Source: Candidatus Daviesbacteria bacterium (lineage in GTDB: Bacteria > Patescibacteriota > Microgenomatia > Daviesbacterales > UBA10151). Taken from it: DNA of 64,000 nt. The position numbers and the translations under genes were made by a program. Positions 27,171 to 37,339 of the stretch are shown one piece after another; position 1 is the first letter of the stretch, and every line of letters begins with the position of its first letter. The notes below the pieces were generated by a model. The model was given only the letters and a program-made list of their open reading frames with translations. It did not search any database and was not told the DNA's origin. The stretch spans positions 26,014-90,013 of the forward strand of contig JACPKL010000010.1 in NCBI GenBank assembly GCA_016187035.1, read 5' to 3'.

Positions 27171-27436
27171 AACAACATTTAAACATTAAAATCTATGGTT
27201 TAGTCCAGGGAATATTTTTTAGAGCAACAGCTAAGAAGCAAGCTGAAAAATTAAATATCACAGGCTTTGCCAGAAATGAACCAGATGGTTCAGTATATAT
27301 TGAAGCAGAAGGGGAAAAGAACAATTTAGATAAATTCATCAAATGGTGTAATAAAGGTCCTTCCATGGCAGAGGTAGAAAAAGTTATTATTGAAGAAAGT
27401 AAATTACAAAATTTCCCCAACTTCGAAATATATTAA
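27167..27436 (+). CDS. acyP: acylphosphatase
   Basis: 89 aa: YGLVQGIFFRATAKKQAEKLNITGFARNEPDGSVYIEAEGE. Confidence 0.85.
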   Translation: MKQHLNIKIYGLVQGIFFRATAKKQAEKLNITGFARNEPDGSVYIEAEGEKNNLDKFIKWCNKGPSMAEVEKVIIEESKLQNFPNFEIY

Positions 27437-27527
27437 AATACACAATATATAGTATATTGACTGCCAAACATATCAATATGAATTAATTATTAAACTCCTT
27501 AAAAGATATAAACTATATTTAGTTTAA

Positions 27528-27556
27528 TTTGCTCTAATGATACGTATCATCTTAAT
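27528..27556 (-). promoter_or_regulatory. copy 1 of the 28-nt palindrome-centred motif (no gene attached)
   Basis: tttgctctaATGATACGTATCATcttaat sits in the convergent spacer between acyP and metK. In the other copies an ATG follows the motif; here the corresponding triplet is ATT. Confidence 0.5.
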
Positions 27557-27591
27557 CGAATATCAGAACTCCTAGTAATAACTAGTAAATA

Positions 27592-28707
27592 CTAAACTAT
27601 TCTTTCCCAGGGGAATTCTTCCCTACCGAAGTGACCATAGGAAGCTGTAGGAAGATATATTGGCCTTTGCAAATCTAATCCTTTTAATATCCCCGCAACC
27701 GAAGTATCTAAAATTTTCTCCATAAAAGACAAAATAACTTTATGTGATTTTTTAGCTGTCCCAAAAGTCTCTACATCCTGCATAGTTGGTTTTTTTGCCC
27801 CTATAAAATAAGCAAGTCTTACTTCTGCCCTGTCTGCTAATTTTTGTGCCACAATATTTTTAGCTAAATACCTGGCAGCATATGCACCTGAGCGGTCAAC
27901 TTTTGTTGGGTCCTTTCCTGAAAAAGCGCCTCCTCCTACCCTGGCATATCCTCCATATCCATCCACTACAATTTTTCTGCCGGTAACTCCACAATCAGCA
28001 GCAGGACCGCCATGATGCCAAACCCCTGTCCCGTTAACAATTAAGTCTTTAATATCAATTTTGTATCCAAACTGCTCTAAAACTGGCATCACCACTGCAT
28101 TATAGATATCTTTTTTAACTTTATTTAATTTAACTGACTCTTCATGAGGTATCGCAATTACTACTTGTAAAACCTTTTTTGGCTTACCATTTTCATACTC
28201 TACAGTTATCTGGCTTTTGCCATCTGGCCGAAGGTATGGGACTAACTTTTCCTCCCTGACTTGATCCATTCTTTTGGTTAAAGCGTGGGCTATCATAATA
28301 GCTGTTGGCATCAGTTCTTTAGTTTCCGAACAAGCGTATCCGAATTGCATTCCCTGGTCACCAGCTCCTTTATGATCTACCCCCACTGAAATTTCCGGTG
28401 ATTGTTCATGAATATGCAAATCAATTAAAGATTTATCAGAAAAATTATAGATAGAATCCGTATACCCTAATCTTCTGATTTGCTCTCTGGCAACTTTTTT
28501 AAAATCCACTTTAGCATTTGCTGTAATTTCTCCGGAAATTACCACCCTGTTAAAACCTACCAATGTTTCACAGGCCACATGTCCAAATCTGTCCTGGGTT
28601 AAGACTGCATCTAATATTGCATCAGAAATTTGGTCACAGATTTTATCCGGATGACCTGCGCATACTGATTCAGACGTAAATGTTGTAATACCATTACTTT
28701 TTATCAT
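27592..28707 (-). CDS. metK: S-adenosylmethionine synthetase
   Basis: GHPDKICDQISD, GAGDQG and GGGAFSGKD. The start is moved to Met29 (ATG 28707) because the upstream 84 nt belong to the riboswitch/terminator. Confidence 0.9.
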   Translation of the reverse strand: MIKSNGITTFTSESVCAGHPDKICDQISDAILDAVLTQDRFGHVACETLVGFNRVVISGEITANAKVDFKKVAREQIRRLGYTDSIYNFSDKSLIDLHIHEQSPEISVGVDHKGAGDQGMQFGYACSETKELMPTAIMIAHALTKRMDQVREEKLVPYLRPDGKSQITVEYENGKPKKVLQVVIAIPHEESVKLNKVKKDIYNAVVMPVLEQFGYKIDIKDLIVNGTGVWHHGGPAADCGVTGRKIVVDGYGGYARVGGGAFSGKDPTKVDRSGAYAARYLAKNIVAQKLADRAEVRLAYFIGAKKPTMQDVETFGTAKKSHKVILSFMEKILDTSVAGILKGLDLQRPIYLPTASYGHFGREEFPWERIV

Positions 28708-28711
28708 ATCT

Positions 28712-28850
28712 TCAAAAAAACCTCTCAAAAGAGAGGTTGAAAGTTTCCCTTCGATTACGCTCAGGGCACATTGTCCTCTCGGATCTGGCACCTTAACTTA
28801 AGGTTGCCGGCTCACCTTTTTCAGGCAGCACTCTTAATGCTTGTTAATAG
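28712..28850 (-). ncRNA. SAM riboswitch (SAM-I clan, short-P2 SAM-I/IV-like) with terminator expression platform
   Basis: The minus strand reads ...AAGAGUGCUGCCUGAAAAAGGUGAGCCGGCAACCUUAAGUUAAGGUGCCAGAUCC... It contains the SAM-I/IV core strings GAGUGC, GCCGGCAACC-hairpin-GGUGCCA. These are followed by the terminator AACCUCUCuuuuGAGAGGUU+U7 (plus 28714-28738), which ends 6 nt before the metK ATG. An upstream GAGAGG could form an antiterminator with CCUCUC. Confidence 0.6.
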
Positions 28851-28866
28851 TAAACCACAAATCAAA

Positions 28867-30258
28867 CTATTTGTCAAAAACTGCGTGTTTTTCAATAATT
28901 TCTACTATCTCTTTTTTCTTATCATTTACATCCAGATGTTGGTGTGTTTCTATGTTTAATCTAAGTAGCGGTTCAGTATTAGAGGATCTTAAAGAAAACC
29001 TCCACTCAGGATAAGTGATAGCAATTCCGTCTAAATCTGAAAACTCCCCATCAGAGTAGTTTTCTTTTAGTCTTTCCATTATCTCCTCCGCATTTTGGAC
29101 TTTAAAGTTTATCTCACCTGATTCATGAGAAGACCTAACTTCTTCTGCCAGTTGTGACAAAGTTTTATTCTCCCTGCTCATCACTGAAAGAATAAGTAAA
29201 ATCACAGGAAGAGGAGATTCTGCTCCTCCTGTTGCTCCCCAATAAAAATGACCTGATGCTTCACCAGCAAACAAACCCTCATTTTTGTGCATAGCCTCAG
29301 TCACAAATGCATGACCGGTTTTAGTAATCACCAGTTCCCCACCAAATTGTTCAACAGCTTTTTTGGGAGTAAAAACATATTTTAAGTCAACCAAAACTTT
29401 TCCTTTTTCTACTTTTAGCAGTTCCCTAGCTACTAAACTGGTAATAGAGGAAGGTAAAACTATTCCACCTTTTTCATCTATAAAATATAACCTGTCCCCA
29501 TCTCCATCAGGTGCCAGTCCTAAATCTGCTTTTTCTTCAACCACCCTTTTTTGTAAATCCTTTAAAGTATCAAACTGGATAGGATCCGGCTGGTGAACCG
29601 GAAAAGTCCCGTCTAATTCAAAATTCATTTTAATAAGTTCACCTGGAATGTGTTTAAAAAGTTCTTCGATATATAATGCCCCCATGGCATTTGCAGGATC
29701 TGCCACCACCCTAAACTTATTTATCTTAGGATGATGAGCAATTTCTAAAGCATTTTTGACTTCATCTTCTAATACTCCTTCATGTTTTGTTATATTTCCC
29801 TTTTCAGTCTTTTCAAATTCTACTCCTTCTAAAGCCATTTTTTTAATATCATCCATCCCGGTACTTTTACCAATCTTTAAAATGCCTTTGTCGGTTTTTA
29901 AAACAATTTTTAGCCCGTTATATTCTTTGGGATTATGGGAAGCAGAAATTTGAATACCGCAATCATAGCTGTAATTATTTACACAAAAATAGAAAGTAGG
30001 AGTGGAAACCAAACCAGGATCAATTACCTCCGCCCCAACTTCTACTAAAGCTTGTGTCACTTTTTCAAAAAGAATAGGGGAAGATATTCTCATATCCCTG
30101 CCAAGAACCAGTTTTAATGATTTGGCATTTTTATGATTGAGAAAGAATTTATAAATTGCCCTGACAATTGGCACTATATTTTCTTCATTTATTTCAGAAG
30201 GATAAATACCTCTGATATCATAACTTTTAAAGATTTTTTCAGGAGGCATACTTTGCAT
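28867..30258 (-). CDS. phosphomannomutase/phosphoglucomutase family enzyme
   Basis: 463 aa with the active-site loop ISASHNPKEYNGLK, the metal loop APDGDGDRL and the sugar loop GEASGH. Confidence 0.8.
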   Translation of the reverse strand: MQSMPPEKIFKSYDIRGIYPSEINEENIVPIVRAIYKFFLNHKNAKSLKLVLGRDMRISSPILFEKVTQALVEVGAEVIDPGLVSTPTFYFCVNNYSYDCGIQISASHNPKEYNGLKIVLKTDKGILKIGKSTGMDDIKKMALEGVEFEKTEKGNITKHEGVLEDEVKNALEIAHHPKINKFRVVADPANAMGALYIEELFKHIPGELIKMNFELDGTFPVHQPDPIQFDTLKDLQKRVVEEKADLGLAPDGDGDRLYFIDEKGGIVLPSSITSLVARELLKVEKGKVLVDLKYVFTPKKAVEQFGGELVITKTGHAFVTEAMHKNEGLFAGEASGHFYWGATGGAESPLPVILLILSVMSRENKTLSQLAEEVRSSHESGEINFKVQNAEEIMERLKENYSDGEFSDLDGIAITYPEWRFSLRSSNTEPLLRLNIETHQHLDVNDKKKEIVEIIEKHAVFDK

Positions 30259-30306
30259 CTTAAGATTAGTATTGTATCAAACTCATGCAACAATTACACT
30301 GGTATA

Positions 30307-30696
30307 TTAACGTTTTGGAGACTGCTTTTTGGCTCTGGCTTTTTGAGCATTACCGTATTTTCTTCTTTCTTTTACCCTGGCATCCCTGGTCAGGAACCCT
30401 TCTCTTTTTAAAGTAACTTTAAGCTCAGGTTCCGCCTTTGCAATAGCCCTGGCTAAACCATGTATTACTGATCCTAATTGAGACACTTTCCCCCCACCCT
30501 CTACTTTCACAGAAACTGCATACTTATTAACTGTTTTTGTTAGTTCTAAGGGTTTGCTAATTTGTTTTTGAAATATTGTACCAAGAAAATATTCTGTAAC
30601 TGGTTTACCATTAATAGTAATTTGCCCATTTCCAGGCAGTAGTCTCACTCTAGCAATTGCTTCTTTTCTTCTTCCAACCGTAGAAACATTACTCAT
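30307..30696 (-). CDS. rpsI: 30S ribosomal protein S9
   Basis: [12 protein letters not shown]...ends [11 protein letters not shown]. Confidence 0.9.
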   Translation of the reverse strand: MSNVSTVGRRKEAIARVRLLPGNGQITINGKPVTEYFLGTIFQKQISKPLELTKTVNKYAVSVKVEGGGKVSQLGSVIHGLARAIAKAEPELKVTLKREGFLTRDARVKERRKYGNAQKARAKKQSPKR

Positions 30697-31090
30697 TTAA
30701 CTTCTCCTCTGCTGGAAAAACTTTCAATTTCTTAATCATCTTCCTACCTAACTTATTTTGCGGTAACATTCCTTTAACAGCATGTTCCAAGATATATTCT
30801 GGTCTTCTTGATAATATTTTATCAAAAGTTTCCACCCTAAGTCCTCCGGGATAACCTGAATGTCTTGTGTATGTTTTTTCTGCAGTTTTTCTACCAGTTA
30901 ACTTGACTTTACTAGCATTTGTCACCACCACAAAATCTCCAGTATCTAAGTAAGATACAAAGTTTAGTTTGTTTTTTCCCATTAAAATAGTTGCTATTTC
31001 AGTTGCTAATCTTCCTAAAATTTTGCCACTAGCATCAATACGGTGATATTCTCTTTTAATTTCTTTTGCTGAAACTACGTTGGTACTCAT
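30689..31090 (-). CDS. rplM: 50S ribosomal protein L13
   Basis: Typical L13 blocks [14 protein letters not shown] and [10 protein letters not shown]. Confidence 0.9.
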   Translation of the reverse strand: MSTNVVSAKEIKREYHRIDASGKILGRLATEIATILMGKNKLNFVSYLDTGDFVVVTNASKVKLTGRKTAEKTYTRHSGYPGGLRVETFDKILSRRPEYILEHAVKGMLPQNKLGRKMIKKLKVFPAEEKLNE

Positions 31091-31092
31091 AA

Positions 31093-31470
31093 TTATTTAG
31101 TTTTCAATGGTTTTAATTGTTCTACCCCTATTAAACTCATCCTCACTAAAGTTGTTCTGTCTCCCTCTCTTACACCAATTCTTACCGTAGTTGTATACCC
31201 AGAAACTCTAGAATTTAGCTTGGGAATAATTTCTTTGACTAGTCTTTCTTGCAAAAGTCCGTTAGTAAAATAGGATTGTAGAAGTCTTTGGGAGTTTTTG
31301 TCTTTTGCTAGATTTATAACTTTATCTACCAAACCTTTTATTGCTTTTGCCTTACTCTCTGAAGTAATTATCGTCCCATGTAAAATTAACAGCTGCACTA
31401 AACTTTTAAAAAGTGCCTCTCGTTCATTTTTATTTCGTCCCAGCTTTTTACCATAAACTCTATGCCTCAC
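31093..31470 (-). CDS. rplQ: 50S ribosomal protein L17
   Basis: [24 protein letters not shown], downstream of rpoA. Confidence 0.9.
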   Translation of the reverse strand: MRHRVYGKKLGRNKNEREALFKSLVQLLILHGTIITSESKAKAIKGLVDKVINLAKDKNSQRLLQSYFTNGLLQERLVKEIIPKLNSRVSGYTTTVRIGVREGDRTTLVRMSLIGVEQLKPLKTK

Positions 31471-32365
31471 TAAGAGTTAACCTCCTCTCTAAAAGCTTTT
31501 CAGATATTAGACTTAGTGATTTAGTACCTAAGTTCTTTGTTTTAAGAAGTTGATTTTTTGGAATATTTATTAAATCTGCAATGGTATTTATCTCAATAGC
31601 TTTTAAAGCATTAGTGATCCTGACTGGCAAATCTAATTCTTCTATTGTAAGTTTTAATACTTCATCTGAGACTTTTAAATCTGTTTCTATTACTTCTTCT
31701 TCTAAAACAGGTTCATAGATTTTATGAAAAGCATCTGATAAAATCCTTGCTGCTTCATTTAAAGCGTCGAGAGGAGTTATAGCACCATTAGTAGCTATGT
31801 CCAAAATCAGCTTATCAAAATTTGTACTCCTGCCAACACGTGTTGGTTCAACAGAATAATTAACAGATATAATTGGAGGAAACAAAGCATCTACAGCAAT
31901 TACTCCTACTTCATTTATTTTTCTTTCTTCAGCGATCGAGTACCCCTGTCCCGACTCTGCAGTCATCTCCATATTTAATCTCGATTTATTGTCAGTTAGA
32001 CTAGCAACTATCTGATCCTTGTTAATTACCTCACCATCCCCTTCTATCTCAAAATCTCCTGCTCTAACAACTTTTTTTCCTGAAGCTTTAATAGATAATT
32101 TGATTGGCTTTTCTGAATTAACACGAAGATGGATTTTTTTGATATTCAAAATTATCTCGATTACATCTTCTAATACACCATCTATCGTTGAAAACTGATG
32201 AGGTACGCCCTCAATTTTGACAGAAGTTACAGCTGCACCCTTAAGTGATGTTAGTAATATCCTTCTTAGACTATTTCCCAAAGTATGACCAAATCCAGCC
32301 TCAAGAGGCTCTATGGTAATTGTGGCAAGATTATCTATTTCTTTTTCAACTTTTACTTTGAACAT
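31460..32365 (-). CDS. rpoA: DNA-directed RNA polymerase subunit alpha
   Basis: 301 aa. The N-terminal domain carries GFGHTLGNSLRRILL; the C-terminal domain carries ELDLPVRITNALK. Confidence 0.9.
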   Translation of the reverse strand: MFKVKVEKEIDNLATITIEPLEAGFGHTLGNSLRRILLTSLKGAAVTSVKIEGVPHQFSTIDGVLEDVIEIILNIKKIHLRVNSEKPIKLSIKASGKKVVRAGDFEIEGDGEVINKDQIVASLTDNKSRLNMEMTAESGQGYSIAEERKINEVGVIAVDALFPPIISVNYSVEPTRVGRSTNFDKLILDIATNGAITPLDALNEAARILSDAFHKIYEPVLEEEVIETDLKVSDEVLKLTIEELDLPVRITNALKAIEINTIADLINIPKNQLLKTKNLGTKSLSLISEKLLERRLTLSEA

Positions 32366-32379
32366 ATTCTTCTAATCAA

Positions 32380-32982
32380 TTATCGAGAATAATACCCAAC
32401 AATAAGCTGTTCGTCTATTGATTGCTCCATTTCTTCCCTATTTGGAATTCTTAAAACCTTGCCTACTGTAGCTTTTCTATCAAGCCACTCTGGCAAGGTC
32501 GTCAAATCCTCTAAGCTCATTTTAACCTGTGTATTATCTCTTAATTTGTCAGATATTGCAATAGTTTCTCCAATCTTCACCTTATATGAAGGTATAGTCA
32601 TTTTTTTATCCATTACTTTAATATGACCATGAGAAACTAATTGTCTTGCTTCGGCACGACTTTTAACAAAACCTAACCTATACACTACATTATCTAATCT
32701 GGTTTCTAGCAGTTCAAGAAGACTTAAACCTGTAGCTCCTTTAACTTTGCTGGCTGAAGTTAGATAATTTTTAAATTGCTTCTCAAGTACACCATATAAC
32801 CTTTTAGCTTTTTGTTTTTCTCGAAGCTGCAATCCATATTCAGAAAGCCTTCTCCTCATCTTACCCCCATGTTGACCAGGAGGAAGAGCGCCTTTCTGCT
32901 CGATAGCTCTAATATCTTTTGATGTTAAAGCTATCCCCTCACGTCTGGATAACCTTCTTTTAGGACCGGTATACCTAGCCAT
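32380..32982 (-). CDS. rpsD: 30S ribosomal protein S4
   Basis: MARYTGPKRRLSRREG with an S4 RNA-binding domain (RLDNVVYRLGF). Confidence 0.9.
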   Translation of the reverse strand: MARYTGPKRRLSRREGIALTSKDIRAIEQKGALPPGQHGGKMRRRLSEYGLQLREKQKAKRLYGVLEKQFKNYLTSASKVKGATGLSLLELLETRLDNVVYRLGFVKSRAEARQLVSHGHIKVMDKKMTIPSYKVKIGETIAISDKLRDNTQVKMSLEDLTTLPEWLDRKATVGKVLRIPNREEMEQSIDEQLIVGYYSR

Positions 32983-33375
32983 TTATACTCTTCTCCTTTT
33001 CTTAGGCCTTGGACCGTTATGTGGGATAGGAGTTACATCAGCAATCATAGTAATATTTATACCAGCACTCCTTAAAGCCTTAATAGTGGCATCTCTGCCT
33101 GATCCTGGACCTTTGATGTAAACTTCACATGCAGTTATACCTAAAGCTTTAGCCTTTTGAGCTACTGTTTCCATAGCAGAAATAGCTGCATAGGGGGTGG
33201 CTTTTCTTGCACCTTTAAATCCAGAATTACCTGATGAACCCCAAGCTACAGTATTACCCTTAGTATCAGTTAAAGTAACTAAGGTATTATTAAATGTAGC
33301 AGTCACATAGACTCTACCGTTTGTAAACCTTTTTTCTACCTTTTTTGATTTAGATGTTATCTGTTTCTTTGCCAT
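32983..33375 (-). CDS. rpsK: 30S ribosomal protein S11
   Basis: The S11 core is GRVYVTATFNNTLVTLTD. Met3 (33375) is preferred because the SD AAGGGAG lies 6 nt upstream; an alternative start is at 33381. Confidence 0.9.
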   Translation of the reverse strand: MAKKQITSKSKKVEKRFTNGRVYVTATFNNTLVTLTDTKGNTVAWGSSGNSGFKGARKATPYAAISAMETVAQKAKALGITACEVYIKGPGSGRDATIKALRSAGINITMIADVTPIPHNGPRPKKRRRV

Positions 33376-33403
33376 AGTCATCTCCCTTATGAGTCCGCTT
33401 ACC

Positions 33404-33838
33404 TCACTTAGTCTCCTTTCTTACAGGAGGGGGAGCAGAAGCTGTTGTTGATCCCCCTGTTTTTGCTACAACTTCTTTCCTAACAGTACCAACAGTCTTT
33501 CTTTTTCCTCGTTTAGTTCTAGCATTAGATCTAGTTCTTTGACCTCTAACCGGTAAACCTCTTTTGTGTCTAGTACCTTTATAGCTTCCAATTTCTACTA
33601 ATCTTCTAATATTTTGCTCAATCTCTTGCCTCAAATCTCCTTCAACCTTAAATTGTTCTACTCTCTTTTGCAATTTATTGATCTCGTCTTCTGTTAAATC
33701 TTTAATTCTGGTAGCTGCATCTACACCAGCATCTTTTATTATCTGGGCCACATTAGAACGACCTATACCAAAGATATAAGTTAATCCAATATCTACCCTC
33801 TTATTCTCTGGAAGATCTACACCAGCAATACGTGCCAT
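33404..33838 (-). CDS. rpsM: 30S ribosomal protein S13 (with C-terminal extension)
   Basis: [10 protein letters not shown]... The start is trimmed to Met7 (33838), which has a GGGGGA SD upstream. Confidence 0.9.
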   Translation of the reverse strand: MARIAGVDLPENKRVDIGLTYIFGIGRSNVAQIIKDAGVDAATRIKDLTEDEINKLQKRVEQFKVEGDLRQEIEQNIRRLVEIGSYKGTRHKRGLPVRGQRTRSNARTKRGKRKTVGTVRKEVVAKTGGSTTASAPPPVRKETK

Positions 33839-33889
33839 GTTAGATATTCCCCCCAAATTTAAAATTTAAAATTGATATAGAATTCATAC

Positions 33890-34006
33890 TTATCCCTGAC
33901 GTTGTTTATGTCTTGGGTCACGTGGGCATATTATATACAAGATGCCTTCACGCTTAACCACTTTGCAAAACTTACATCTCACTTTAATTGACGCTGCAAC
34001 TTTCAT
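33890..34006 (-). CDS. rpmJ: 50S ribosomal protein L36 (not in ORF track)
   Basis: [38 protein letters not shown]. Its ATG overlaps the infA stop (ATGA). Confidence 0.9.
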   Translation of the reverse strand: MKVAASIKVRCKFCKVVKREGILYIICPRDPRHKQRQG

Positions 34007-34245
34007 TTTAGTCTAAATATTATCCTTCCTTTATCCAAATCATATTTTGGACTCATCTCCACCCTCACTGCATCTCCTTCCAATAGTCTAATATAATGCA
34101 TTCTCATTTTCCCAGAGATATGACACAAAATGATCCTACCCTGAAGCTCTGGCAGCTCATCACTCCGTTCAACTTCTATTCTAAATAAGGTATTGGGCAA
34201 AACTTCTACAACTTTACCCACTACCTCTATCACATCTTTAGCCAC
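34003..34245 (-). CDS. infA: translation initiation factor IF-1
   Basis: 80 aa S1-like OB fold with a GTG start. It carries a short insert (SDELPELQG) relative to typical IF-1. Confidence 0.85.
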   Translation of the reverse strand: MAKDVIEVVGKVVEVLPNTLFRIEVERSDELPELQGRIILCHISGKMRMHYIRLLEGDAVRVEMSPKYDLDKGRIIFRLK

Positions 34246-34277
34246 GTTTTTTTAGTCCTTTCTAAAAAAAGGCAAGT

Positions 34278-34321
34278 CTTCGACTCTGAGGTCTGACGAC
34301 TTTCGTCGCTCAGACTCGAAG
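34278..34321. repeat. GC-rich imperfect long hairpin in the infA-map spacer
   Basis: cttcga-ctctgag-gtctgacgac-tttc-gtcgctcagac-tcgaag. The outer and inner stems are complementary. It shares the words cttcgact and gctcag with the rplC/fusA repeat. Confidence 0.6.
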
Positions 34322-34371
34322 AGGTTCTGCAGTATTTTAACAGAACTAGCTTCAGTTTACAACCCATAATA

Positions 34372-35118
34372 TTATATTTTAGTCAAAACTTCTGCCTTCT
34401 CTTTTCCTACTATTACAGTCATCTCGAATAATCCACCCCAAGATCCATCAGAGGCAGAAAAAGTCCAATTATCAGAACCTAAAACTACTTCAGATGTATT
34501 TTTAGTATAAATTACTTCTATTGCTAAAGTCATGCCTTGTTTTAAAATTACTCCTGTACCTTTATCACCAAAACCTGGAACTTCTGGATCTTCATGCAAA
34601 CTTCTGCCTATTCCATGCCCAACTAAACTTCTAACTATATGGTACCCTGCCTTTTCCACTCTAGATTGAATCGCATAGGAAATATCACCAATTCTATTTC
34701 CTAATTTAGCTTGATAAATTCCATCCCATAAAGCTTCTTCCCCCACTTTCAAAAACCGTTGTTTTTCCCGATGCTCTGATGTACCAACCAACACACTCCA
34801 GGCACAATCAGTATGCCAACCTTTATACATAACAGCTAAATCAACACTGACCAAATCCCCTTCTTTAAACTTTCGTTCAGTCGGCAAACCATGAACCACT
34901 TGATCGTTAACTGTTATACATGTTGCATACTTATAATCTGGGACTGTTTTATAAGACAAATCCCCTCCTAATTTATAAATTTCCTCTTCAGCAGCTTTAT
35001 CAACTTCAATTTCAGATACTCCTATATTTATAGTCTCTAATGATTTCCTTAATGCTGAACCAGCAATACTACCGGACTTTTTCATCAAATTTAATTCATA
35101 CGAATTTCTTGATTTCAT
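34372..35118 (-). CDS. map: type I methionine aminopeptidase
   Basis: 248 aa with metal-ligand blocks DLVSVDLAV, GHGIG and TLAIE. Confidence 0.9.
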   Translation of the reverse strand: MKSRNSYELNLMKKSGSIAGSALRKSLETINIGVSEIEVDKAAEEEIYKLGGDLSYKTVPDYKYATCITVNDQVVHGLPTERKFKEGDLVSVDLAVMYKGWHTDCAWSVLVGTSEHREKQRFLKVGEEALWDGIYQAKLGNRIGDISYAIQSRVEKAGYHIVRSLVGHGIGRSLHEDPEVPGFGDKGTGVILKQGMTLAIEVIYTKNTSEVVLGSDNWTFSASDGSWGGLFEMTVIVGKEKAEVLTKI

Positions 35119-35620
35119 TTTGGACTGTTTGGATATCTCCCATACCCTCCACTTCCACTAATATACCCTGCTTTCTATAATAATCCAGTAACGGCCGGGT
35201 TTGTCGATAATACAAATCTAGTCTAGTTTTAATCGACTTTGGTGCATCATCACTACGACCTCTACCCATCAATCTCCTCATTACTTCTTTTTCTGGAACA
35301 TCTAAGTAAATAACACGATCAAATTTTGGATCAAAAAGCCTTAATTGCTCCATGTTTCTAGGATAACCATCCATTACAAATCCACTTTTACAGTCAGGTT
35401 GACTTAATCTATCCTTAACAATCTTATATGTTGTTTTGTCATCTACCAGATGACCTTCTTCTAAAATTGTTTTAACTATTTGTCCAAAACCGACTTTCTC
35501 TTGTGATAATTTACGAAATATTTCTCCGGTTGAAATATAAGGGACTTGCAAATATTGTGCTAGAAACCTACCCTGTGTAGATTTTCCTGAACCTTGTGGT
35601 CCAATAAGTAATACTTTCAT
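35096..35620 (-). CDS. adk: adenylate kinase (short form, no zinc lid)
   Basis: [15 protein letters not shown] and RSDD. Only 174 aa. Confidence 0.85.
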   Translation of the reverse strand: MKVLLIGPQGSGKSTQGRFLAQYLQVPYISTGEIFRKLSQEKVGFGQIVKTILEEGHLVDDKTTYKIVKDRLSQPDCKSGFVMDGYPRNMEQLRLFDPKFDRVIYLDVPEKEVMRRLMGRGRSDDAPKSIKTRLDLYYRQTRPLLDYYRKQGILVEVEGMGDIQTVQNEIKKFV

Positions 35621-36909
35621 CTTCTAGCAAATACCTCATAACTTCTTTCTATTAGCTTACTTTCAAACTGCTTAGCAGTATCTAAAATTACAGAAACCAC
35701 GATTAGAAGTCCTGTTCCTCCTAAAATTAAAGTTTTAATACCGGTAACTTGCGATGCAATTGAAGGTAATATAGCAATCGCTCCTAAAAAAATTGCTCCG
35801 GCTAATGTTACCCTAACCATAATATAATTAAGGTAAGCGGCTGTTTGACTGCCAGGTCTAATGCCTGGAATAAATCCTCCATATTTTTTAATCTCATCAG
35901 ATACTTTGGTTGGATTAAAAATCACTGCGGTATAAAAGAAAGTGAAACCAACAACTAGTACAAAATAAACTAAATTATATATAAGACTACCGGGGTTAAA
36001 GTTTGCAGCTAAAGTTCGTCCTAAGAAAGACAATTGTGGTTGATTAAGATTAGCTAAATACGAACCTGCAAAAGAAGGAACCAGTACTAAAGAAACCGCA
36101 AATATAATTGGAATTACTCCAGCTTGATTAACACGAAGAGGTAAATAAGTTTGTGCTCCGCTGCTACTTTCCTTTCCAGCGATAAATCTTCTAGCATATG
36201 CAATAGTAATTTGCCTTCTGCCTTCATTAATGAACACTATTCCAGCGATAACTAAAACCGCCATGATTAGAAAAAATAGTACATTTAAAATTTGTGTTTG
36301 GTCTAAAGTAGATACTGCTTGTGACAAAACTACAGGTAAACGGCTAACAATTCCTGCAAAGATTAAAAGCGAAATACCGTTCCCAATACCATATTCAGTA
36401 ATTAATTCTCCCAACCATACTAAAAAAACAGTCCCAGCGCTCATTCCAACTATAATAGCTGCCATTTGAATTGGTGTTGTAGATGACAAAATACCCTGAT
36501 TCCGGAGCAGAAGAAACATACCGATTGATTGTAAAAAGGCTAGAGGGACACAAAGGTATCTCGTATATTGATCAATCATCTGTCTACCATACTCCCCCTC
36601 TTTTGATAAAGCCTCCAGTGACGGAATAATCATTGTTAGAAGTTGAATAATAATTGAAGCGTTAATATAAGGATTAAGACCTAAAGCAATTATAGAAAAG
36701 TTGGCAAGAGTTCCACCAGAAAAAATATCCAGTAATCCTAAAAATTGGTTTGAAGTAAATAATTGTTGTAATGCTACTAAATCTACACCAGAAACAGGGA
36801 TATGAGATACAATTCTAAAAATAATAACAATGAGGGCAGTAATTAATATTTTAGTTCTTAATTCCTTAATCTTAAAAGCCTTCAGGATTGGGGCAAAAAC
36901 ATCAAGCAT
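35617..36909 (-). CDS. secY: preprotein translocase subunit SecY
   Basis: 430 aa, 10 TM segments, in the canonical position between rplO and adk. Confidence 0.9.
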   Translation of the reverse strand: MLDVFAPILKAFKIKELRTKILITALIVIIFRIVSHIPVSGVDLVALQQLFTSNQFLGLLDIFSGGTLANFSIIALGLNPYINASIIIQLLTMIIPSLEALSKEGEYGRQMIDQYTRYLCVPLAFLQSIGMFLLLRNQGILSSTTPIQMAAIIVGMSAGTVFLVWLGELITEYGIGNGISLLIFAGIVSRLPVVLSQAVSTLDQTQILNVLFFLIMAVLVIAGIVFINEGRRQITIAYARRFIAGKESSSGAQTYLPLRVNQAGVIPIIFAVSLVLVPSFAGSYLANLNQPQLSFLGRTLAANFNPGSLIYNLVYFVLVVGFTFFYTAVIFNPTKVSDEIKKYGGFIPGIRPGSQTAAYLNYIMVRVTLAGAIFLGAIAILPSIASQVTGIKTLILGGTGLLIVVSVILDTAKQFESKLIERSYEVFARR

Positions 36910-37339
36910 ACTCTACCTTTCCACCCTTATGTTCAATTTCCATCTTAGCTTTTTTAGAAACCGGTAATTTAACTACCAAAGACACAGTTAGTCCGCCATC
37001 TGCTAATATTTTTACTCCTTTAGCAAGATCCTCTTTATCAATAATATTGACTTTGAAAAGTTGTTCTAAATCAACTAATGAGTTTTTCTTAAAGATGTTC
37101 AATTTGCTAAGAGTAATTGGTTTAGGTTTTACAGACACTCTACGATTTCCCAAACCAACTCTTTTGGGAAGTTTTTTAAAGGTTGGTAATCCAGCTCCAG
37201 GTAAACCTACTGGGATTTTACCTCTTGCTTTCTGACCTTTAGTTCCACGTCCGGCTGTTTTACCTTTACCGGATCCTACTCCCCTCCCTATTCTTTTGTT
37301 ACTTCTGCGTTTTGATTTTAAAACTTGGTGTAATTTCAT
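36902..37339 (-). CDS. rplO: 50S ribosomal protein L15
   Basis: [25 protein letters not shown]. Confidence 0.9.
   Translation of the reverse strand: MKLHQVLKSKRRSNKRIGRGVGSGKGKTAGRGTKGQKARGKIPVGLPGAGLPTFKKLPKRVGLGNRRVSVKPKPITLSKLNIFKKNSLVDLEQLFKVNIIDKEDLAKGVKILADGGLTVSLVVKLPVSKKAKMEIEHKGGKVEYA

Noticed and set aside
27437-27591. A possible small gene or sRNA in the acyP-metK convergent spacer (e.g. the 12-codon MFGSQYTIYCVF).
   Set aside because: The AAGGAG upstream is about 24 nt from the ATG, which is too far. The frame is tiny and unsupported. Only the palindromic motif copy is reported.
28708-28791. An N-terminal 28-residue extension of metK (MPDPRGQCALSVIEGKLSTSLLRGFFED).
   Set aside because: The region contains the riboswitch 3' part and a hairpin+U7 terminator. 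Conserved MetK sequence begins at MIKSNGITTFTSESV.
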